Positions 40,051 to 47,649 of a DNA stretch of 64,000 nt are shown one piece after another. The notes beneath the pieces were generated by a model, which searched no databases, was not told the origin of the DNA, and saw nothing but the letters and a program-made list of their open reading frames with translations. The stretch lies in assembly GCF_003334765.1 (NCBI RefSeq), contig NZ_QOWT01000008.1, one strand, 5' to 3'. The translations under genes were made by a program, and so were the position numbers. Within the stretch, counting starts at the first letter, position 1. Every line of letters begins with the position of its first letter. This stretch comes from Escherichia coli. Its GTDB lineage: Bacteria; Pseudomonadota; Gammaproteobacteria; Enterobacterales; Enterobacteriaceae.

Positions 40051-40374
40051 ATGTCGATTACACTGAGCGACAGTGCAGCAGCGCGAGTAAATACCTTTCT
40101 GGCTAACCGCGGTAAAGGGTTTGGCCTGCGTCTGGGCGTGAGAACCTCCGGGTGTTCAGGTATGGCTTATGTACTGGAATTTGTTGACGAACCGACGCCG
40201 GAAGACATCGTGTTTGAAGACAAAGGCGTGAAAGTCGTGGTCGATGGCAAGAGCCTGCAATTTCTGGACGGTACGCAGCTGGACTTCGTAAAAGAAGGCC
40301 TGAACGAAGGGTTTAAATTCACCAACCCGAACGTCAAAGATGAGTGTGGTTGCGGCGAAAGCTTCCACGTTTGA
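40051..40374 (+). CDS. iscA: Fe-S cluster insertion protein IscA (A-type carrier)
   Basis: ORF 40045..40374; C-terminal CGCGESF motif. Confidence 0.95.
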   Translation: MSITLSDSAAARVNTFLANRGKGFGLRLGVRTSGCSGMAYVLEFVDEPTPEDIVFEDKGVKVVVDGKSLQFLDGTQLDFVKEGLNEGFKFTNPNVKDECGCGESFHV

Positions 40375-40389
40375 TGCGCATACCGATAA

Positions 40390-40425
40390 CCCCACCGTGG
40401 TCGCCTGCGCGTGGGGTTTGTTTTA
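40390..40425 (+). terminator. intra-operon hairpin/terminator-like element between iscA and hscB
   Basis: ccccaccgtggtcgcctgcgcgtgggg followed by tttgtttta. Confidence 0.45.
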
Positions 40426-40469
40426 CCTGATTCGCCGTTATCGCGGCGGATCGCAGCCCTGAGAATGTT

Positions 40470-40985
40470 ATGGATTACTTCACCCTCTTTGGCTTGCCTG
40501 CCCGCTATCAACTCGATACCCAGGCGCTGAGCCTGCGTTTTCAGGATCTACAACGTCAGTATCATCCTGATAAATTCGCCAGCGGAAGCCAGGCGGAACA
40601 ACTCGCCGCCGTACAGCAATCTGCAACCATTAACCAGGCCTGGCAAACGCTGCGTCATCCGTTAATGCGCGCGGAATATTTGCTTTCTTTGCACGGCTTT
40701 GATCTCGCCAGCGAGCAGCATACTGTGCGCGACACCGCGTTCCTGATGGAACAGTTGGAGCTGCGCGAAGAGCTGGACGAGATCGAACAGGCGAAAGATG
40801 AAGCGCGGCTGGAAAGCTTTATCAAACGTGTGAAAAAGATGTTTGATACCCGCCATCAGTTGATGGTTGAACAGTTAGACAACGAGACGTGGGACGCGGC
40901 GGCGGATACCGTGCGTAAGCTGCGTTTTCTCGATAAACTGCGAAGCAGTGCCGAACAACTCGAAGAAAAACTGCTCGATTTTTAA
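40470..40985 (+). CDS. hscB: co-chaperone HscB (J-domain protein)
   Basis: ORF 40470..40985, 171 aa; J-domain HPD motif. Confidence 0.95.
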
Positions 40986-41001
40986 TTTCTGGAAGCTAAA
41001 C

Positions 41002-42852
41002 ATGGCCTTATTACAAATTAGTGAACCTGGTTTGAGTGCTGCGCCGCATCAGCGTCGTCTGGCGGCCGGTATTGACCTGGGCACAACCAACTCGCTGGTG
41101 GCGACAGTGCGCAGCGGTCAGGCCGAAACGTTAGCCGATCATGAAGGCCGTCACCTGCTGCCATCTGTTGTTCACTATCAACAGCAAGGGCATTCGGTGG
41201 GTTATGACGCGCGTACTAATGCAGCGCTCGATACCGCCAACACAATTAGTTCTGTTAAACGCCTGATGGGACGCTCGCTGGCTGATATCCAGCAACGCTA
41301 TCCGCATCTGCCTTATCAATTCCAGGCCAGCGAAAACGGCCTGCCGATGATTGAAACGGCGGCGGGGCTGCTGAACCCGGTGCGCGTTTCTGCGGACATC
41401 CTCAAAGCACTGGCGGCGCGGGCAACTGAAGCCCTGGCAGGCGAGCTGGATGGTGTAGTTATCACCGTTCCGGCGTACTTTGACGATGCCCAGCGTCAGG
41501 GCACCAAAGACGCGGCGCGTCTGGCGGGCCTTCACGTCCTGCGCTTACTTAACGAACCGACCGCTGCGGCTATCGCCTACGGGCTGGATTCCGGTCAGGA
41601 AGGCGTGATCGCCGTTTATGACCTCGGTGGCGGGACGTTTGATATTTCCATTCTGCGCTTAAGTCGCGGCGTGTTTGAAGTGCTGGCAACCGGCGGTGAT
41701 TCCGCGCTCGGCGGCGATGATTTCGACCATCTGCTGGCGGATTACATTCGCGAGCAGGCGGGCATTCCTGATCGTAGCGATAACCGCGTTCAGCGTGAAC
41801 TGCTGGATGCCGCCATTGCAGCCAAAATCGCGCTGAGCGATGCGGACTCCGTGACCGTTAACGTTGCGGGCTGGCAGGGCGAAATCAGCCGTGAACAATT
41901 CAATGAACTGATCGCGCCACTGGTAAAACGAACCTTACTGGCTTGTCGTCGCGCGCTGAAAGACGCGGGTGTAGAAGCTGATGAAGTGCTGGAAGTGGTG
42001 ATGGTGGGCGGTTCTACTCGCGTGCCGCTGGTGCGTGAACGGGTAGGCGAATTTTTCGGTCGTCCACCGCTGACTTCCATCGACCCGGATAAAGTCGTCG
42101 CTATTGGCGCGGCGATTCAGGCGGATATTCTGGTGGGTAACAAGCCAGACAGCGAAATGCTGTTGCTTGATGTGATCCCACTGTCGCTGGGCCTCGAAAC
42201 GATGGGCGGCCTGGTGGAGAAAGTGATTCCGCGTAATACCACTATTCCGGTGGCCCGCGCTCAGGATTTCACCACCTTTAAAGATGGTCAGACGGCGATG
42301 TCTATCCATGTAATGCAGGGTGAGCGCGAACTGGTGCAGGACTGCCGCTCACTGGCGCGTTTTGCGCTGCGTGGTATTCCGGCGCTACCGGCTGGCGGTG
42401 CGCATATTCGCGTGACGTTCCAGGTCGATGCCGACGGTCTTTTGAGCGTGACGGCGATGGAGAAATCCACCGGCGTTGAGGCGTCTATTCAGGTCAAACC
42501 GTCTTACGGTCTGACCGATAGCGAAATCGCTTCGATGATCAAAGACTCAATGAGCTATGCCGAGCAGGACGTAAAAGCCCGAATGCTGGCAGAACAAAAA
42601 GTAGAAGCGGCGCGTGTGCTGGAAAGTCTGCACGGCGCGCTGGCTGCTGATGCCGCGCTGTTAAGCGCCGCAGAACGTCAGGTCATTGACGATGCTGCCG
42701 CTCACCTGAGTGAAGTGGCGCAGGGCGATGATGTTGACGCCATCGAACAAGCGATTAAAAACGTAGACAAACAAACCCAGGATTTCGCCGCTCGCCGCAT
42801 GGACCAGTCGGTTCGTCGTGCGCTGAAAGGCCATTCCGTGGACGAGGTTTAA
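41002..42852 (+). CDS. hscA: Hsp70-type chaperone HscA
   Basis: ORF 40948..42852, start [10 protein letters not shown] at 41002, 616 aa; IDLGTTNS and DLGGGTFD motifs. Confidence 0.95.
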
Positions 42853-42853
42853 T

Positions 42854-43189
42854 ATGCCAAAGATTGTTATTTTGCCTCATCAGGATCTCTGCCCTGATGG
42901 CGCTGTTCTGGAAGCTAATAGCGGTGAAACCATTCTCGACGCAGCTCTGCGTAACGGTATCGAGATTGAACACGCCTGTGAAAAATCCTGTGCTTGCACC
43001 ACCTGCCACTGCATCGTTCGTGAAGGTTTTGACTCACTGCCGGAAAGCTCAGAGCAGGAAGACGACATGCTGGACAAAGCCTGGGGACTGGAGCCGGAAA
43101 GCCGTTTAAGCTGCCAGGCGCGCGTTACCGACGAAGATTTAGTAGTCGAAATCCCGCGTTACACTATCAACCATGCGCGTGAGCATTAA
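42854..43189 (+). CDS. fdx: [2Fe-2S] ferredoxin Fdx
   Basis: ORF 42854..43189, 111 aa; adrenodoxin-type Cys motif. Confidence 0.95.
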
Positions 43190-43200
43190 CAGAGGTTAGT

Positions 43201-43401
43201 ATGGGACTTAAGTGGACCGATAGCCGCGAAATTGGCGAAGCACTGTACGATGCGTATCCCGATCTTGATCCGAAAACGGTTCGATTCACCGATATGCATC
43301 AGTGGATTTGCGATCTGGAAGATTTCGACGACGACCCGCAGGCATCCAACGAGAAAATCCTCGAAGCGATTTTGTTAGTCTGGCTGGACGAGGCCGAATA
43401 A
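43201..43401 (+). CDS. iscX: Fe-S assembly accessory protein IscX (YfhJ)
   Basis: ORF 43201..43401, 66 aa, acidic. Confidence 0.9.
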
Positions 43402-43578
43402 TTTCCGCGTCATGCTTCACGCCGCAGATGCGTTGGCTGCGCTCGTTCACCCCAGTCACATAGTTATCTATGCTCCTGGGGCTTCACTCACTTGCCGCCT
43501 TCCTGCAACGCGAATCATTTAGCGGAAAAATCCTGGGGCTGCCAACTGGCGGCCCTTTTACAAAGAAGGATAACTAAA

Positions 43579-44862
43579 ATGACAGAAGCGATGAAGATTA
43601 CCCTCTCTACCCAACCTGCCGACGCGCGCTGGGGAGAAAAAGCAACTTACAGCATTAATAATGACGGCATTACCCTGCATTTGAACGGGGCAGACGATCT
43701 GGGGCTGATCCAGCGTGCGGCGCGCAAGATTGACGGTCTGGGCATCAAGCATGTTCAGTTAAGCGGTGAAGGCTGGGATGCGGATCGCTGCTGGGCATTC
43801 TGGCAAGGTTACAAAGCCCCGAAAGGCACGCGTAAAGTGGTGTGGCCGGATCTGGACGATGCCCAGCGCCAGGAACTGGATAACCGCCTGATGATCATCG
43901 ACTGGGTGCGTGACACCATCAACGCACCGGCAGAAGAATTGGGACCATCGCAACTGGCACAGCGTGCTGTTGATCTGATCAGCAACGTCGCGGGCGATCG
44001 TGTGACTTATCGGATCACCAAAGGCGAAGATCTGCGTGAGCAAGGTTATATGGGGCTGCACACAGTCGGACGCGGTTCAGAACGTTCTCCGGTATTGCTG
44101 GCGCTGGATTACAACCCAACTGGCGATAAAGAAGCGCCAGTGTACGCGTGCCTGGTAGGTAAAGGTATCACTTTTGACTCCGGCGGCTACAGCATCAAAC
44201 AGACTGCGTTTATGGACTCGATGAAGTCGGACATGGGCGGCGCGGCAACGGTTACCGGGGCGCTGGCATTTGCCATTACGCGCGGACTGAACAAGCGCGT
44301 GAAGCTGTTCCTCTGCTGTGCGGATAACCTGATTAGCGGCAATGCGTTCAAGCTGGGCGATATCATCACCTATCGCAACGGTAAAAAAGTTGAAGTGATG
44401 AACACTGATGCCGAAGGGCGTCTGGTGCTTGCCGATGGTCTGATTGATGCCAGTGCGCAGAAACCGGAAATGATCATTGATGCGGCGACCCTCACCGGGG
44501 CGGCGAAAACTGCGCTGGGTAATGATTATCACGCGCTGTTCAGTTTTGACGATGCGCTGGCCGGTCGCTTGCTGGCGAGTGCCGCGCAGGAGAACGAACC
44601 GTTCTGGCGTCTGCCGCTGGCGGAGTTCCACCGCAGCCAGCTGCCGTCTAACTTTGCCGAACTGAACAATACCGGAAGCGCGGCGTATCCGGCAGGCGCG
44701 AGCACGGCGGCGGGCTTCCTGTCGCACTTTGTTGAGAACTATCAGCAAGGCTGGCTGCATATCGACTGCTCGGCGACTTACCGTAAAGCGCCGGTTGAAC
44801 AGTGGTCTGCGGGCGCTACGGGACTTGGTGTGCGCACGATAGCTAATCTGTTAACGGCGTAA
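43579..44862 (+). CDS. pepB: peptidase B (M17 leucyl aminopeptidase family)
   Basis: ORF 43492..44862, start at ATG 43579 (MTEAMKITL...), 427 aa; NTDAEGRL motif. Confidence 0.9.
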
Positions 44863-44870
44863 ACTAATAT

Positions 44871-44967
<97 letters not shown>

Positions 44968-45003
44968 ATTTGCGCCCCGAACGTTGAATGAATTGTGGTT
45001 CTT

Positions 45004-45780
45004 ATGTCCGAAACAAAAAACGAACTTGAAGACCTGCTGGAAAAAGCAGCAACTGAACCGGCGCACCGCCCGGCCTTTTTCCGTACTCTACTGGAATCCA
45101 CCGTCTGGGTGCCTGGTACGGCGGCGCAGGGCGAGGCTGTGGTTGAAGATAGCGCGCTTGATTTACAGCACTGGGAAAAAGAAGACGGCACCAGCGTCAT
45201 TCCTTTTTTCACCTCGTTAGAAGCACTTCAACAGGCGGTTGAAGACGAACAGGCATTTGTCGTAATGCCCGTTCGCACGCTGTTTGAGATGACACTTGGC
45301 GAAACGCTCTTCCTTAATGCCAAACTGCCAACCGGTAAAGAATTTATGCCGCGTGAAATCAGTTTGTTGATTGGTGAAGAGGGAAATCCGCTGAGCAGCC
45401 AGGAAATCCTGGAAGGCGGTGAATCGCTGATATTATCGGAAGTCGCAGAGCCGCCAGCACAAATGATTGATTCACTCACCACCTTATTTAAAACCATTAA
45501 GCCGGTGAAGCGTGCTTTTATTTGTTCAATTAAAGAGAACGAAGAGGCACAGCCTAATTTACTTATTGGCATTGAAGCCGATGGTGATATCGAAGAAATT
45601 ATTCAGGCGACGGGAAGTGTAGCGACCGATACATTACCTGGCGATGAACCAATCGATATTTGTCAGGTGAAAAAAGGGGAAAAAGGAATTAGCCACTTTA
45701 TTACCGAACATATTGCGCCATTCTATGAACGTCGCTGGGGTGGTTTTTTGCGTGACTTTAAACAGAATCGGATAATCTAA
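45004..45780 (+). CDS. sseB: SseB (enhanced serine sensitivity protein B)
   Basis: ORF 44995..45780, start MSETKNELEDLL at 45004, 258 aa. Confidence 0.85.
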   Translation: MSETKNELEDLLEKAATEPAHRPAFFRTLLESTVWVPGTAAQGEAVVEDSALDLQHWEKEDGTSVIPFFTSLEALQQAVEDEQAFVVMPVRTLFEMTLGETLFLNAKLPTGKEFMPREISLLIGEEGNPLSSQEILEGGESLILSEVAEPPAQMIDSLTTLFKTIKPVKRAFICSIKENEEAQPNLLIGIEADGDIEEIIQATGSVATDTLPGDEPIDICQVKKGEKGISHFITEHIAPFYERRWGGFLRDFKQNRII

Positions 45781-45783
45781 AAT

Positions 45784-45804
45784 ATGCCGCCCAAAGGGCG
45801 GCAT
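45784..45804. terminator. bidirectional hairpin terminator at sseB 3' end
   Basis: atgccgccc-aaa-gggcggcat; U-rich tract on the minus strand (atttta) and weaker on plus. Confidence 0.55.
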
Positions 45805-45813
45805 TCGGGCTTA

Positions 45814-45936
45814 CTTGCTGCTCTGAAGGTTGTTAACCACCAGTAAATTGTCGCCGGAGAGACTCCGGTTATTATTTACCTCGGTTAACAGCGCACCAGA
45901 AACAATAAGTACGATACAAAAGCACCGTATCTTCAT
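45814..45936 (-). CDS. candidate small ORF, 40 aa (MKIRCFCIVLIVSGALLTEVNNNRSLSGDNLLVVNNLQSSK), hydrophobic N-terminal segment
   Basis: ATG 24 nt downstream of the 24-aa ORF stop, preceded by hairpin tgcggtc...gaccgca, no clear SD; inside putative RyfA-like transcript. Confidence 0.3.
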
Positions 45937-45960
45937 TGTGCGGTCCATGCGAAGACCGCA

Positions 45961-46035
45961 TCACGACAGCACCACTGGCGATATTGCCGCGATAGCAAGC
46001 GCTGTGAAACACCTGCATTTACGGCCACGGAACAT
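45961..46035 (-). CDS. candidate small ORF, 24 aa (MFRGRKCRCFTALAIAAISPVVLS), basic N-terminus then hydrophobic tail
   Basis: ATG preceded by AGGAAAGG Shine-Dalgarno; inside putative RyfA-like transcript; not in the 60-aa-minimum ORF track. Confidence 0.3.
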   Translation of the reverse strand: MFRGRKCRCFTALAIAAISPVVLS

Positions 46036-46160
46036 CCTTTCCTAAAGCCAGCGCCCGTTTGCGAGACGGCGGAAAGGGCCGCAGTGGATAATACACTAAC
46101 AGAACAATAATAACTCTCTTTTGCTTGACAAAAAGAGAGTTACTGGCGAGTATTGTCTCC

Positions 46161-46258
46161 GCTGAGACGCGCTTGCATTACTACGGTAATACAACCTGCT
46201 GGAAAGGCCGCGAACCGGACCAGCAACAAAAAACCGCCTGATTTTGGCGGTTTTTTGT
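46161..46258 (+). ncRNA. candidate short sRNA from module A (about 100 nt)
   Basis: perfect -35 TTGACA (46125-46130), 17-bp spacer, weak -10 gagtat (46148-46153), intrinsic terminator 46229-46258; promoter block conserved in module B. Confidence 0.25.
46229..46258. terminator. bidirectional rho-independent terminator (module A)
   Basis: aaaaaaccgcc-tgatttt-ggcggtttttt with U-tracts on both strands. Confidence 0.6.
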
Positions 46259-46481
46259 TTTTTAAAGGAAAGTGAATTTACATGTTTAAGTAATATCTTT
46301 TACCGGTTAGAATTTTTAATTTTGAGCAGGATTTGTTTATATTTGTCTGAATTCGGACTAATAAGCCAGGTTATTTTATTACCGAACACGGCGGAAAGGG
46401 CCGGTGTCGATAATACGCTAAATAAACAATAATTACTCTCTTTTGCTTGACAAAAAGAGAGTTACTGGTGAGTATTGTTTT

Positions 46482-46586
46482 GCTGTGAAGCACCTGCGTT
46501 GCTCATGTAACACAAGTCAACCTGCTGGAAAGGCCGCGAACCAGACTAGCAATAAAAAACCGCCAAATTCGGCGGTTTTTTATTGC
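46482..46586 (+). ncRNA. candidate short sRNA from module B (about 105 nt), sibling of module A sRNA
   Basis: TTGACA (46447-46452), 17-bp spacer, gagtat (46470-46475), terminator 46553-46586 (shared with sseA on the other strand). Confidence 0.25.
46553..46586. terminator. bidirectional rho-independent terminator (module B; also terminates sseA)
   Basis: aaaaaaccgcc-aaattc-ggcggtttttt. Confidence 0.6.
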
Positions 46587-46597
46587 CTGTAAAATAC

Positions 46598-47443
46598 TTA
46601 TTTCACTGGCTCAACCGGTAAATCTGCCCGCGCGCCCCATTCACTCCATGCGCCGTCGTACAGTTTCACGTTTGGCACATCCAGCGTAGCGAGTGCTAAC
46701 AAAACCACGGCTGCCGTTACACCAGAGCCGCAGCTGACGATAATTGGTTTGTCGTAGCTGACGCCGCGACCAAAAAATATCGCATCCAGTTCATCGGTCG
46801 TTTTTAGTTCGCCTTCGCGCACCAGTTCCGTCCACGGAACATTCAGTGCTCCGGGAATATGTCCGCGACGTAAACCTGGGCGAGGTTCATCAACTTCTGC
46901 GTTAAAACGTGCAGCCGGGCGGGCATCAATAATTTGCGCCGTATTTTCATGGCTTGCCAATAATACATCGGTTACTTTCACCACGGCTTCAGGATTAAAC
47001 GCGGCGTTAAACTCTCCTTCCGGCAGCTCTACTGCACCTTCTTCTAACAGCAGATCATCGCGCTGCCAGCCTGCAAGTCCACCCCCCAGAATCGACACTT
47101 TCTCTACACCAAAGGTGCGCAGCATCCACCATGCTCGTGGGGCTGAGAAAAGATTACCTTCGTCATAGACAATCAGGTGCTTATCCTGGTTAACGCCTAA
47201 TTCACGCATCGCCACGGCGAACGTTTCCGGGCGCGGCAGCATGTGCGGAAGCGGGGAAGTGTGATCAGAAAGCGCTTCGATATCAAAAAACACTGCGCCG
47301 GGAATATGTCCATTCAGATACTCCTGAGCAACGTTACGATCCTCCTGTCCAGGCGACGCCATGCGGGCATCGATAATCTGAATTTCCGGGTCATCAATAT
47401 GTTCGGCGAGCCAGTCGGCTCCTACAAACCATGTCGTGGACAT
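46598..47443 (-). CDS. sseA: 3-mercaptopyruvate sulfurtransferase SseA (tandem rhodanese domains)
   Basis: ORF 46598..47602, start MSTTWFVGADW at 47443, 281 aa; active-site Cys in CGSGVTA. Confidence 0.9.
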   Translation of the reverse strand: MSTTWFVGADWLAEHIDDPEIQIIDARMASPGQEDRNVAQEYLNGHIPGAVFFDIEALSDHTSPLPHMLPRPETFAVAMRELGVNQDKHLIVYDEGNLFSAPRAWWMLRTFGVEKVSILGGGLAGWQRDDLLLEEGAVELPEGEFNAAFNPEAVVKVTDVLLASHENTAQIIDARPAARFNAEVDEPRPGLRRGHIPGALNVPWTELVREGELKTTDELDAIFFGRGVSYDKPIIVSCGSGVTAAVVLLALATLDVPNVKLYDGAWSEWGARADLPVEPVK

Positions 47444-47649
47444 AGGCATCTCCATTTTTGCCGGGGTTAGGCTAAATTGTCGGATGTTTAGTGAAAAGCG
47501 ACAAGCAAAAGAGGCTGATTTGGCTGTCTGAGCCACAATTCTCACTAAAATTCGGATTGTATGGGCGTGATACTGAATTACATAACGTAAATTCTCACGC
47601 ATAATAATTATTCGACGTTGCTAACGGGCCATTGTGGCAGGGATGAAAA

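Larger units (their letters stand above)
45778..46080 (-). ncRNA. ryfA: candidate about 300-nt transcript in sseB-sseA spacer (RyfA-like; may be a small-protein mRNA)
   Basis: minus-strand -10 TATTAT (plus coords 46088-46093), inferred 5' end about 46080, terminator hairpin at 45784-45804; inferred length about 303 nt fits the remembered RyfA size and location; strand and ends are inferred, not measured. Confidence 0.4.
46061..46260. repeat. module A of a tandemly duplicated about 200-bp element (conserved 5' block, palindrome around TTGACA, conserved 3' block plus terminator)
   Basis: cggcggaaagggccg...taactctcttttgcttgacaaaaagagagttactggcgagtattg...aacctgctggaaaggccgcgaacc...aaaaaaccgcctgattttggcggtttttt. 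Confidence 0.7.
46381..46590. repeat. module B, paralogous copy of module A (ends conserved, middle diverged)
   Basis: cggcggaaagggccg...ttactctcttttgcttgacaaaaagagagttactggtgagtattg...aacctgctggaaaggccgcgaacc...aaaaaaccgccaaattcggcggtttttt. Confidence 0.7.

Noticed and set aside
45830-46045. 71-aa plus-strand ORF in the sseB-sseA spacer
   Set aside because: TTG start within sseB terminator region, no RBS, polar low-complexity translation; the minus-strand reading of this DNA (small ORFs with SD) is more plausible.
46244-46432. 62-aa plus-strand ORF between the two repeat modules
   Set aside because: It starts at TTG inside the module A terminator hairpin and runs through AT-rich spacer; no RBS and no conservation between modules.
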